DNA of 55,814 bases, the filler included, from Circinaria calcarea (lineage: Eukaryota), in assembly GCA_051942165.1 (NCBI GenBank). It is 6 parts of 6 records of this genome, joined end to end, with 100 filler letters (N's around TTAATTAATTAA, not from the genome) between each part and the next. Parts side by side here need not be neighbours in the genome. Positions count along the whole stretch, not along the records: positions 1 to 9,251 come from JAVECS010000958.1; positions 9,352 to 18,566 come from JAVECS010000959.1; 4 more parts are not named here. One strand, written 5' to 3'. The position numbers and the translations under genes are program-made. The notes under the pieces are model-generated. The model was not told the origin of the DNA and did not search any database. It saw only the letters and a list, made by a program, of their open reading frames with translations. Of this stretch, positions 1 to 10,857 are shown in pieces (within the stretch, counting starts at the first letter, position 1; every line of letters starts with the position of its first letter).

Positions 1-120
1 AGGAAGAAGGAAGGCAGGAGGGTGTACGTGCATGTTCCGATGACGAAGGGCGGGAAGGCGCGCCTTCCCGCCCTTCGTCATCGGAACATGCACGTACACC
101 CTCCTGCCTTCCTTCTTCCT
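1..120. repeat. Perfect 120-bp palindrome at contig start (probable fold-back/assembly chimera)
   Basis: Bases 61-120 are the exact reverse complement of 1-60. The pirin frame (..VYVHVPMTKGGKA) runs into the symmetry centre and is mirrored. Confidence 0.9.
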
Positions 121-1040
121 CACCGCTGCCCCATCTCCTTCGCCCCCGCCAACGGCCCAATGGAACCGCATCCCGACGGGAATGATCCCCCCGCCCATGA
201 CGAGGTCCGCGTGGACGGGAATGGTATCCTTGATGGCCGGGACAGCGGCGGCTTCTTCATCGGCAGTGGCGTGGGGACCGGCAGCTAGGGGAGAGATGAT
301 AGGTACGAAAGCTGTGCGTTTCAGCGCCGAGGGAAAGGTGCGCGTGTGGTATCTCGGCGTCAAACCGCGGGACCAGGGCGTCGCCCAGATCTGCAAAAAG
401 TGCACCCATTCGTCACTTTCGTTCTGCTCGCTGTGGGCGATGCCTCTGCCGCCAGTGGTAAATTGCACGTCGTCGCGTTTCATACGGTAGAAGTCGTTCT
501 TGCCCGAACCTGAGCCCGAGCCATTGGTGGCGCCGGTGGTTTCGTAGCCTTTGGCGACCATCGAGTCCCGGTGCGTGAGTTCGCCGCTGAGGATGTAGCT
601 GAAGATCTCGGCGTCGCGGTGGGGGTGGGTGGGGAAACCGGTGTGTGGGGCTACGCGGTCTTCGTTGAGGACGCGAAGGCTGCCAAAGGATTCAAAGGCC
701 GGGTCGTAGTAGCTGGCAAAAGAGACTGGGGAAGAGGGTTAAGAAGGAACTGGGAGGTGGGCTTGGGGAAATGAAGAGTATTACAGGTATGATAGCTGTT
801 TAGCCATCCATGATCTGCATGACCGCGATCCGAGGAGCGTCGGGGTGTAATCTTGGCGTGGGAGAGGGCTTTTGACATTGTGGATCGGATACTCATATGG
901 TCTTCGGGGGTAAGTAGGTGTGGTGCTACGCCAGCATGGATTGGCTGCTTCGGTCCTAATAGGAATTTAGAGAGCTTTTCACGGTATAAGAATGAGAAGA
1001 CTAGAATCACTGCTGAGAAAATATATGTGCGGAACTTCAT
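61..1040 (-). CDS. Pirin-family cupin protein, 3'-truncated; exons 1040(or 878)-785 and 725-61, intron 726-784
   Basis: Spliced translation gives RGHADHGWLNSYHT/FSFASYYDP..LRVLNEDRV..GFPTHPHRDAEIFSYILSGELTHRDS..TTGGRGIAHSEQN..LQIW, the typical pirin motifs. The intron is GTAATA...CAG. Confidence 0.9.
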
Positions 1041-1202
1041 TTCTTCGGGATGAACCCATATCTATTTATGTTCGACGGATGATTCTTCTAGCCTCCGTAG
1101 CATCGTTTGTAAATGCTTACGAAGGTTTTGCTGCTTAGCGAGCAATCGGTAAGCGCCTCGGCACGGTTAGACTGCCAAGCAATGGGGTCAACAAATGCTC
1201 TC

Positions 1203-1747
1203 GAGTGTTCTGGTCTCCCTCCGAGTTGGGCTCGGTCAGAGAGTTGAGTTGGCTGGCGAGGGCATATGAAAAGGTGCGGATATTAGCCGGATTAAACACC
1301 ATTATTATCTCGACGTCGAATTTTGCGAGGAGCCTATTGCTCAGCGGGCGGGCTGGGGTGGTCTTAGTGCGCTGGCCGCTGTGCTGTTATTATCTGTGTC
1401 ACTGCTCTCGATATCGCCACCGATCCTGATTTCGCCACTATCACCGGTACCGTCCGGGCTTCAGTTGGGTCTGCCTACGGGCCCAGACTTTTTCCGTATT
1501 GAGCGGGGTGTTCGCCCCGTACCCGTACGCGTGGAACGCCGGCCTGTGGTGCGTCCACCAATCGTCCATCTAGTGAGGTACGAAATCATCGTCCCAGGCC
1601 GCCTGCTGAGCAACACACTCGTGGCAAAATTCGGCGCCGAAATAACGGCGGTGTTCAGTCCGGCTAATATCCGCACCTTTTCATATGCCCTCGCTAGCCA
1701 ACTCAACCCTTTGACCGAGCCCAACTCGGAGGGAGACCAGAACACTC
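1203..1747. repeat. Long imperfect inverted repeat (arms ~1203-1357 and ~1593-1747, ~235-nt spacer)
   Basis: The arms align without indels and contain two perfect 36-bp blocks (1203-1238, 1256-1291). The ORF track shows near-identical peptides MFWSPSELGSV.. on opposite strands. Confidence 0.9.
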
Positions 1748-2582
1748 TCGCCCTGCTGGCGGACCGTGGGGAAGTAGAGAGCCAATATACCGATTCGGCC
1801 GGTTACGAGTGTTATCCGATGGCCTTTTTCCCTCTTGTCATCTGAACGGTGTCGAAGGAATCCATCAATGTCCCTATTCCAGTTGTTGTGTTTGTATATG
1901 AGGCTATCCGTTATGACTTCTTGATCATGTGACATCGAATGAATCCTGAAGATCGTAGACGGCGGTCTAGTGTAGGGTTTCTGCAATAGAGAACGCTCCT
2001 AGTAGTGAGTTTGACCAAGTGGACACATCTCGAGATAGAAGAAGGTCTTGCATCGCTCCGCGCTACCACCTCATCATGATTGCTGGAGCTGCGACTTTGC
2101 TCGCTGAACTCGCTCAACTACATCAACTACTTCTTTCCCTCGAGATTATATTTTCGTTTGTTTCAAAGCCATGTTGCATTCCGCTTGCGACGCATACCGA
2201 CTTGCACAAAGGTAAGACTTCTTTGGCTCCTTCGAAACATGTGGCGTAATAAGAGCATGGCCACATATCCAGCGGGAAGTACGTACTATTCCGAAGAACA
2301 TCTTAAAGATCAAAGCATGTATGGTGCATGTTTGTGCTGTCGCAGACAATTTTACAATAACTTTTACACCTGCCCAACTTTAGATGTATGAACTGAGCAG
2401 GTGGGTATCGCGGAAGAGGCGCTGAAATGGGTCTTCTGTTAAAAACCGGGGCATGCGAGATTCTCAAGTTGACAAGATAGCGTAGACCTGGCCGTTTGTG
2501 ATGACAGCCTATTAAACCGTTGGACACGTCGGCCGATTCTTCCAGCACCTCCAACTTTCTTTCCTATATTTTAGCTTCGCAC

Positions 2583-5081
2583 TTAACTCCCTTGCTTGGG
2601 TCTTGATCTCTTCGGTAGAAGGATTTCTATCGAAGATGCGGTCCTATGGGCCTTCCTGCTCACCTCCCTCTTTATAGCCTTTATCCTCAAAGTCTGGCTC
2701 AATCCGGACAACCCTCTCACCTGCGACATGAACAATCTCTTCCCCCAAAGGCGTTCCATTCCAGCGACGTATTCCTCGATACTACCCGCTTTATGACGTT
2801 GATAACGTCGATTGATGAGCCGTTTAGATAAGCCGGATCCAAAGACCGTTATCAATTGATTCATACATGCTTTAGCAACATTGACCCGAGAGACCATGAC
2901 CCCATATCTTCTCAGTTTGAGCAGCAAACGCAGGCCCCACATCCATTTCGCATCATAAGGCTTGATAGATTGATCCCATCGTCTGGGTGCCATGTGGAGA
3001 TACTCCCCACTGCTGGGAGAATGTTGGAAACCCCAGGCAATGACTGCTCGTGTAAAAGTATGAATGAAGATCACTCGGAGTGGATGCAGTGAATCGTGGG
3101 TTTCAAGCTCCTCAAAAGAAACACCCATCCCACCTTTCTTTGGTTGCTCCGTTCCAAACGAGCATCTTACCTGTGAAGCCTTGAAAGCAGTATCTGAGTA
3201 CCATCTAGCGAGCCATAGCGCCAGTTTCTCGACTTCGGCAAGCTCTCCTCTCATTCCCAGTCGGCGGAGTATTTCAATCCATGTTTTTGCGGGAATACTA
3301 CCACCTCCAGATAACGATGCCTTCCAGATGTTGATAACAAGAGGAATATTGTCTGTATCTGATGGACCTCTACCAACCTGCCTCGAACTTAGCAGACGTG
3401 TGCGTGCGAAGCTGCAAGATCTTGATGAGATTAGTACGTTCTGCTCTTGCATTGTCTCCAGAATTCGAGATATCTCCTTCTGGTCCCTCTCCGTCAGGCA
3501 GGCACGGAGAAGAATGTTCCAGTAGGCAGCAGTGTAATGTTTCGCGCTGGTGTCAAGGAGGAGGACAGTAAGGGTACGGTCGATTTGGCGTTGATCGCCT
3601 GCTTTCCGATAAGAGGCCAGCAGTGACTCCTGCAGTTTCCAATCTTCGAATGCTTCAGGATGTAGATCGCAATTCACTACATCATACAAACCATAGACTC
3701 TGTGTTCTGTGGCAAGCTTCTGTATCAGTCGAGATAATAACGACGTTCCAGTAGAGATACCGGCTTGCTTCAAGGTACTGATATTTTTGGCTACCGTCTC
3801 TGTGTTACACATTGCGGCGCTACAGCTTCGAGAAGCAATCTCCCGTAGAGCTAGAGGCCCAATAGTATTCATTCCTAGCATCTGAAGCCCTTTGATAACG
3901 GTATCCACAGAAAATAACGATGTAGCAAACAGCCTAGCACAGAACTCGTCGCTGAGTGTTTTTGGAGCAATGCCGTAAAATCTACCATGAATTCTATCCA
4001 TCAATTCACGAGAGATAAAAGTATTGTCCCTTAGAGAACAGTCGGTGGAGCTGGCGAAAGAAACTCCTGCATCGACCAATTCCTTCGTCATCTTTAGAAC
4101 GCGCCGCTCATGGCCACGTAACGCATAATGATGAAGTAGTGGCGCAGCATAGGAAGAGTTAGGAGGAACGTCACCATTCTGTATTAATAAATTGTGCCAT
4201 TTAAGCGCCATGGAATATAGCCTGTCCTGACATAGAGTCGGAATGATTACCTTGTATAGCTGGCGGAATGGAAGATCTTGGTAGAGCTTTTGAAGGATCC
4301 CAAGGTTTTGCTCCGTGGTCCTAGCATAACGGAAGAGCTCTTCGAATTGATGCTCCGACGGGGCAAAGTCCCCTACTAATCGTATATGCCATCGGTAAAC
4401 CTGAGAGGTGTCCGTTCGTAGGAAATGCCCGATGATGCTCCTATAGAGCCGCGAGAGCCTCTGGCCAGTCACATGATGAAGGCGTGATGCATAGTCGCAC
4501 ACTTCATCTAAGATATCATGCCTCAGATATCCTAGTTCTAGCAGCCCACTATCTAGAACTTGCTGGCTAAGTGGCCCCTTCCTACTCTTAAGGCCATTCC
4601 AGAGGGGAATGATGCTTTCAATGCCGTAATTACGCCTCCGAAAACGAAGCAATTCTGTCCAGACGTCGGGATCTTGCTGGTAACGGTAGATGTCTACCAG
4701 CCGCGGACCCTTCAGAGGTGGACCATCCAGATCTGATTCGTAATCAAACTGCCTGAAACTCGTCAGGCTTTTTCGCCATTCTTTGACCGTCTTGACCGTC
4801 TCTTGTAGAATCCCGAGCCTCACACTGCCAACAAGAATGTGAGAAGCTCCCTGAGCCACAGGAACCTCGGCTGAGCTATTGTGGAATTGAGATGAGGTTC
4901 CCGTGTCGTCCCGATCCGTAGTCAGAGAATTGGCGTAGATAGGTTTGTGAGGCGTATTACTTGTATGGGCGGAAGTTATAGCTTTGGCCCAGGCACCAGA
5001 TATCCTTCGAGACGTTGCAACATCATGTACTCGCCAGAAAAATGACGGTGGTAACAACAGTCTCTGCGACAGAAATGGCAT
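2583..5081 (-). CDS. Pentatricopeptide-repeat-like helical protein, probably mitochondrial (832 aa)
   Basis: Long intronless ORF with an Arg/Ser/Leu-rich presequence-like N-terminus. It carries PPR-like helical motifs (LYKVIIPTLCQDRLYSMALKWHNLLIQNG; YWNILLRACLTERDQKEISRILETMQEQNV; TWIEILRRLGMRGELAEVEKL). Confidence 0.75.
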   Translation of the reverse strand: MPFLSQRLLLPPSFFWRVHDVATSRRISGAWAKAITSAHTSNTPHKPIYANSLTTDRDDTGTSSQFHNSSAEVPVAQGASHILVGSVRLGILQETVKTVKEWRKSLTSFRQFDYESDLDGPPLKGPRLVDIYRYQQDPDVWTELLRFRRRNYGIESIIPLWNGLKSRKGPLSQQVLDSGLLELGYLRHDILDEVCDYASRLHHVTGQRLSRLYRSIIGHFLRTDTSQVYRWHIRLVGDFAPSEHQFEELFRYARTTEQNLGILQKLYQDLPFRQLYKVIIPTLCQDRLYSMALKWHNLLIQNGDVPPNSSYAAPLLHHYALRGHERRVLKMTKELVDAGVSFASSTDCSLRDNTFISRELMDRIHGRFYGIAPKTLSDEFCARLFATSLFSVDTVIKGLQMLGMNTIGPLALREIASRSCSAAMCNTETVAKNISTLKQAGISTGTSLLSRLIQKLATEHRVYGLYDVVNCDLHPEAFEDWKLQESLLASYRKAGDQRQIDRTLTVLLLDTSAKHYTAAYWNILLRACLTERDQKEISRILETMQEQNVLISSRSCSFARTRLLSSRQVGRGPSDTDNIPLVINIWKASLSGGGSIPAKTWIEILRRLGMRGELAEVEKLALWLARWYSDTAFKASQVRCSFGTEQPKKGGMGVSFEELETHDSLHPLRVIFIHTFTRAVIAWGFQHSPSSGEYLHMAPRRWDQSIKPYDAKWMWGLRLLLKLRRYGVMVSRVNVAKACMNQLITVFGSGLSKRLINRRYQRHKAGSIEEYVAGMERLWGKRLFMSQVRGLSGLSQTLRIKAIKREVSRKAHRTASSIEILLPKRSRPKQGS

Positions 5082-5305
5082 GCAAGGAGAAGTCTCTTCT
5101 ATCGGCAGCTCCGAGGGATCAATCTCAATTGAAATGATAGCGCGTTGTCAAAGAACCTCGGCCCTACGCGCTCTTTCGCTTAGGCTTCCAAGCTCGACCG
5201 CCGGACTTAGATAATCCGTGGATCGTCACTGATCGCAGCTCCATTCAACGACCGCGAATAACTACTTCAGAACTCACACGATTGGAACCGGACATTACAG
5301 TCAGT

Positions 5306-5934
5306 ATGGCAGGGTAGGTTCAGTTTCTAAGCTTCTCTATTAGCGTCATTGTACCGGTGTTACAATCCAGTGACTCGATTAGAGGCCTCTGGGATCCAGT
5401 GGGCTAATTGGTGTATCTTCTGAGCAGCTTCGTCTATCGAGAGAACCGCGTTCCGCGCTATCAACGTCTCTTTCAGAAGCACGACGGCGTACGGCTATGG
5501 AGCAAGGTCAGTGCAACATTAGTCAAGTCTTCCGCAGCAATATACCTCCATCCAAACTGGGAAAAGAGTGATGTGCAATTCTGCCTGTGAATGAAGCACA
5601 TACCTTGCAACATGCACTCGTCGAGTTCTCCAAAGAGCTGACTATCCTTTCTTGCTAGACGCCTCGAAGTAAATTCTTGCTCTACCCATATTACACACTA
5701 TTATGGGGCACTTTTGCAAGTGAGTCCTGGAAGAGCTGAACCGCGTCTGCTGTACTAACGGCGATGAAGGTTCCATGTATATGATGGGCCGTCTCACTTT
5801 GGTACGCTTGCCTCCACTTCGAGATTCATAATTCACCCTTGAATCCGCTGCCTTTAAAGATCAGTCGAACACTAGCCACTCGTTATACTGATTTGTTCGT
5901 GTAGGGGCACAAGACATGGTTCGGCGAAGGTTGA
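5306..5934 (+). CDS. COX7: Cytochrome c oxidase subunit VII; exons 5306-5313, 5428-5506, 5659-5719, 5770-5801, 5905-5934
   Basis: Spliced product MAGFVYRENRVPRYQRLFQKHDGVRLWSKTPRSKFLLYPYYTLLWGTFASSMYMMGRLTLGHKTWFGEG, with four canonical GT-AG introns. Confidence 0.85.
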
Positions 5935-6574
5935 TGGAGAGTTAGACGGGTGAAGTAAGAGCTGCCCATGGGCTATTGGTCTCGTCCTCATACTGTATTC
6001 AATCAAATGAGTCGATTCTCCAACATTGGTGGCACCATTGGCTTGCTTGAGCTCGTCTGCAGTTTGCTATGTCATCGTAAATCTAGGCTCTATCGGCTTC
6101 AGCATTGCTACTATTGATGTATTAAGATTGTTCATATTAACATGCGGTCAATTACATGGTCATCTATTCTCATCATAGACTTTACCTTTTGGGAACCTGA
6201 TAAGATGCTTTTAGATACAATTCTACCAATCACTCTTAGAACTGTGCCCTTCTCTTTGCTATCCCTTAAGCCGTTGCTCTGGCGGAACGAACCGTGCCTT
6301 TCTTGGCACTCTTGGGTACAAGATACGCACGGTACGGTCATGGTGTCCACCCATGCACCCTTCGGCTACCCTTTACCTAATCAAGCCTAGCATACGCCCC
6401 CAAGCGAGCACTCCACCCTCCTGCCAATGGGTAGTCCGCAAGACCAGTGGGAAAAGGTATAGTTTGTACGTGCAGGCTCCTCTTCCTGCTCCGGGCACAA
6501 ACCCTAGTGGCTCCTTCCCTTTTTCTAGGTCAAGTTGAACACCATCTAGCAACGCAGAACCAACGGTTCTTAAC

Positions 6575-7601
6575 ATGGATAAACGTTTGCCGAAAGTTGT
6601 CATTCTCACTGGTAAAGCTGAAGACATTTCAACAAGTGCCTTTGCCAGTGTCTGCGAGGGACTTTTCTTGTCCCTAAGAGCTATCTCAGAGGTAATAATC
6701 ACTGGGGAACCCACAAAGTTATCTGCCCTACTAGGCAAAGGTGACCTTTTCCCAATCCTCGCTGTCCCCCAAGAGTTACGACTTATCCACTCTAGGTGAA
6801 ATCTCTGTGTTGTTAGTGGTTTCCCCGGAGTCTTACCTCTCCTCTCAAAGACCATACCGCGTCCTTCGAGATCATGTTAAGGCTTTTGCAGATCAGCAAG
6901 GTGGAGTCGTCCTCTTTTGCGGAATGTTTAGTTCATTCATCAAACCTGCGAGTTTCGATTTATATTTTAAAAATGAGTGGAAGCTACCTTGGAGGTTTGG
7001 AGACTACCATAGGACCACCTACGCCGTCAACCCCAACTTTCACATAATCAACAAAGACAGTCGTACAATAATCAAGCTTGATCCTAAAACAGCCAGTCTC
7101 GAGAAAGCATACAGCCAGAAAGCGGTCAACGCAAAGAATGCTCCAGCGAACAGCATGCTATATATCACGACCTCGGCTTCACAACTTGAATCACGAGTTT
7201 CCCCCACTCGATCGGTTGATAATAAAGCACAATCACCTGTTGTCTTTCAGTCTTACGGAAAAGGATATGTGGGTTATCTGGGGGACGTGAATTCCGAGGT
7301 TGATACCACCAGAGCCATTCTTGCATTATGCGGCCTCGCGGGGGATGATAAGCCACCTGCCACTGTTACTAGAATTCCAGACCCCAATTTTGGCGGGTAA
7401 TACTGCTCAGGCTGCGGAAAGCAGGAGATGCAAGGTAAGGATGGCCATGTGGGTGAGGACCACAAGCGTTGCGCGAAATGCAAAGTGTGCTATTACTGTT
7501 CTTCTCGCTGTCAAAAAGTGCATTGGAAGGAAGGACACAAGGAGAAGTGCAAGTATATGAGGGATGACGATGACTTGGACGAGGATTTGGATGATGATTA
7601 G
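6575..7601 (+). CDS. Fungal hypothetical protein with C-terminal MYND zinc finger, interrupted by in-frame TAA at 7398-7400; intron 6741-6795
   Basis: After the TAA the same frame reads YCSGCGK..HKRCAKCKVCYYCSSRCQKVHWKEGHKEKCK, then an acidic tail and TAG at 7599-7601. Confidence 0.75.
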
Positions 7602-8072
7602 ACATCTCTGGCCGGAGACGGGATAATGAAGATGCTGACTAGGCCCTGATGATGTGGCAGGAAGAGTTGGTGGCTTGAGGTTTTCTTGTCTTACCACCAC
7701 AGTGGTTAAGTTTAGGAATTGAAGACGTTGCAAAGCGCGGAATTGGGTGTTCTCAACAAGGCGGACTGCCCAGTCTGACAAGAGGACTTGGTCAATCAAC
7801 GTTAAACAGAAAATGCATCGAAGTACATACCTAAATTAAGAAGACAGACGAGCAGGGAGGTAGGTCGCTTATGATAGAATACCGGTACCTGCCAAGCCGC
7901 GGTTAATGTAACCCTAGCGGCGTAGTGATATCCCGAAAAGCTATGCCACCAGCCGAGCCTTAGAGAATCATCTCCCTGCACCGATTGTAGGAGTTGGGGT
8001 GGTCGCGTGTAGTATCTCGAATACTGAGTCATGCAAGATACCGCCTGAGATTTACTACATCCAATCCGCATC

Positions 8073-9251
8073 ATGGCAGACTTCTTCAAGAGTATTTTGG
8101 GAGGCTCGAAGTCTGCAGCTCCTTTGGCCACCAACGACGATACTGGTAATATATATCTCCAGCGCTCTACTCTGACGTGATTACTAACCTTCATTGATTG
8201 ATGCAGACTTCGCCGATTTTGCGGGAGCTCCAGATCCGTCGCCCGCTGCAGCTTTCCCTTCTGCTGCAACTCCGGTCAGCTACCAAGCAGCCATACCCAC
8301 CGGGAGCCCTAGCATTCCCTATACGAAATGGTATAGAGTCTGGGAACGAACCTCACCGGCGGACTTTAAGACCGAAGCTATCATTCTTCCCTTCATAGTC
8401 ATTGTTGTTGGTCTCCATGTCTGGGGCCGCCGGAAGAACAAGCGCAAGGCAAGAAGTTGGATCCAGGCACATGCGCCGGTGCTTGAGAAGGAGTTTGCTG
8501 TCGTCGGATTCGGGGGACGTAAAGCACCTACGGTTGATGATGTGCAAGCTTCTGGCCTGCTCAAGGCCATAAACTCTGATGATCTCGAGATTCCCACGGA
8601 GCTACTCAAGGAGAAAACCGCGCAGGAATACGTGACTTACGCGACTGGACGCCAGAATGTAGCGTTTGTGGATATCAAGCTCTCGCTATTCAAGAGATAT
8701 AACCCTCTGACTCTGATATTCGAATGCATTGTGAGCTTCTTCTTCGATAGCGTTCGAACGCCCTCCGAGACCATGGAGGCGACGATATTTACATTCGACG
8801 GGAAAGAAAAGGACCTTGTTCCAGTACCGAACCAGCGAGAGCAAGAAGTCCTTGAGACTCGCGTCAAGGGACTCCAGTCCTCCTATGACGGCTTCGTGTG
8901 GGCCATTGTCAATAAAGACTACATGCGCCAGCTCCGAGAAGAACGCTACGATATTTCCTTCACCAGCACCAAAGACAACCCGAAACTACCGCCTTGGGCA
9001 ACAGTTATGAGCGAGAGCGCCGAGATCAACGATCTCCTACTTACCCCCGACCTTGTCAAAGCCATCGAGCAAGTCGGCGACATCGCGTTCGATAATCTTA
9101 TAATAACAGACCAACCGATTGACAAACCTACAAAGTAACCCACTACACCCCCAAAACTTCCTTAATTTCCCAACACCCATACTGATCCCTCCTTCCACCC
9201 CACAGACTCAACGAAACCACCCCCCGCAAACGCCTCTCCCTCTCCCTCCGC
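8073..9251 (+). CDS. DUF1682/CCDC47-like ER membrane protein, truncated by gap; exons 8073-8145, 8207-9134, 9206->9251
   Basis: Single TM helix (IILPFIVIVVGLHVWG) plus motifs YATGRQNVAFVDIKL.L.KRYNP, FVWAIVNKD.MRQLREERYD and LIITDQP. Introns are canonical. Confidence 0.85.
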
Positions 9252-9351
9252 NNNNNNNNNNNNNNNNNNNNNNNNNNNNNNNNNNNNNNNNNNNNTTAAT
9301 TAATTAANNNNNNNNNNNNNNNNNNNNNNNNNNNNNNNNNNNNNNNNNNNN
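9252..9351. other. Artificial contig linker (N44-TTAATTAATTAA-N44)
   Basis: Identical 100-nt spacer with stops in all six frames; it occurs five times in the window. Confidence 0.97.
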
Positions 9352-9901
9352 GAAATGAGAAGCGTAGGGACTCGGGGAGGGTAGGGGCAGTTAGTTTGAA
9401 AGGGGGGTATGGATGGGAGGGATGGAAGTTATGGGAATTATGGGAGTAAGGGCAATGGGGCATGTTTACTTCGTACTCCGTAGGGGATGTGAAGATAAAA
9501 ATTCGCGGTTACTTGATTACTTGAAAGTATAAGTTGGATGGGAAACTAAGTTTCATACCAATAGGAGTACACATTTGCAACTCTCCGTGATAGTAAAAGA
9601 AAAAGTAACTCGGGGCCCCACCCCCATTAAGCGAAAACGCTGACCAGTGGGGGAACGAATACATATCCACATTATAACGCACGTGCCGCTTGCGCTCAAT
9701 GTTCTACAACAGTTACAATAAAGCATTTAATAAAATTTTATAAAAAATATTAATTATATTAATCAATAGAATCCATTAGGAAAGGATGACCCTTACTAGT
9801 ATAATATAGCTCCAATATATACCGGCAACAGAGCTATGCTGCGCTATGTTGATTTAATTAGGCAATTGATTAGCATATAAAATTATATATGCAGTCATTA
9901 C

Positions 9902-10275
9902 TGTAAGGGCGCTGCAATCCTTGGGGCCTATTGAGGAATATGATAGGTCCCGATTGGTAATAGCACGGTTACATAGGGTGTAGTTAAACTGTTGCCCTAG
10001 GCTCAATAGTATGGAGTCGATTGAACACGGTCTATAAGCATGCTATTCTAAAGAGCGGGAATAGCCTGCTATATATAATACTCTGCTCATCATGCTCATC
10101 TTCCTGAGCACCATGAGCGTTCCGAGCATTCTGCTCACCTTGCTCATTCTGCTCACCCTCATGAGCACCATGAGCGCACTGAGCATTCCCACGGTGGAGA
10201 TTCCCCCGACCCGTGGTCCTATCCCAATCGGGCCTAGAGCATGTCATGGCGGGCACGCCATAACACGCCATTACA
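9902..10275 (+). mobile_element. Probable solo-LTR relic (same family as 42229-42476)
   Basis: TGTAA...TTACA ends and GAGCA/TGCTC-rich internal repeats. It shares AAAGAGYGGGAAYAGCCTGCT and CATGGC..CGCCATAACA with the copy at ~42.3 kb. No TSD seen and the boundaries are approximate. Confidence 0.5.
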
Positions 10276-10279
10276 GAAA

Positions 10280-10730
10280 ATTAGTAATATAGTTATTATA
10301 ATTTAAAATTAATATTTTATCGGCAGCTTAATATATTAGATCGAGGCGTGAAGAAAAACCGTGTTTAATAATATAATTAATTTATTAAATAATTATTTCT
10401 TTTTCTTCTTCAGAAAGCTTCTTATTGGCATTACCGTTGAAGGTTTTAAATTAAACGCTATATCGTTGATTTAGCAGCTTATAATATAAAATATTAAATA
10501 TAATAATAATTAATTTTAGATTTGGGTATATGCTTTCATTAATTAAATTAATCGTATATTGAATTCTGTTTTTTATAGGTTAAATATCTGCCTTGTTTTG
10601 CGCTATGATTTTATTTATGGTTATACTGAAATTAGGTGTGTATGAAAAAATTAAGTGGGGTTTCGGAAAGATTTTAAGTTTTCGAGTTGCGAATCGCTAG
10701 TGAATGCGAATCGGTGGTCCGCACTGGTAA
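10280..10730. mobile_element. AT-rich RIP-degraded transposon relic with a putative Tc1/mariner-like end (..GGTCCGCACTG)
   Basis: Very AT/TpA-rich tract that ends in repeated GCGAATCG motifs followed by CACTG. Confidence 0.4.
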
Positions 10731-10857
10731 TTACTAAATCAGACCTTTTGACATCTCCATCTCTAATCATAACATTCGCTTCTCTTTGGCCATTTCGGCA
10801 AAGCCGGTTTCAGTTTCTTGTCGTTTAGGGCAAACAGGGTTATTCCCGTCGCTGGCG

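Noticed and set aside
1..120. Perfect palindrome as a hairpin telomere or biological element
   Set aside because: It has zero mismatches and no spacer, lies at a contig end, and mirrors pirin coding sequence. This is typical of a fold-back read or assembly chimera.
1221..1235. CCGAGTTGGGCTCGG resembles the vertebrate telomerase RNA P6.1 hairpin (second copy on - strand near 1715-1729)
   Set aside because: I could find no TAACCCTAA template or U-rich/A-rich triple-helix pseudoknot nearby; only a weak AAACCCTAC on the - strand at ~1972-1980. It is not supportable without a covariance-model search.
1570..1587. CTAGTGAGGTACGAAATC as a minimal hammerhead ribozyme core
   Set aside because: It does not match CUGANGA, and there are no convincing flanking helices.
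5507..5658. Intronic C/D snoRNA in COX7 intron 2
   Set aside because: The box C match is imperfect, and the only CTGA is the branch site.
9296..9307. Recurring TTAATTAATTAA as a biological repeat
   Set aside because: It is a synthetic six-frame-stop linker inside N runs.
10032..10292. Short ORFs with HGAHE / MSTMS repeats, one signal-peptide-like
   Set aside because: They arise from GAGCA/TGCTC repeats inside an LTR-like relic.
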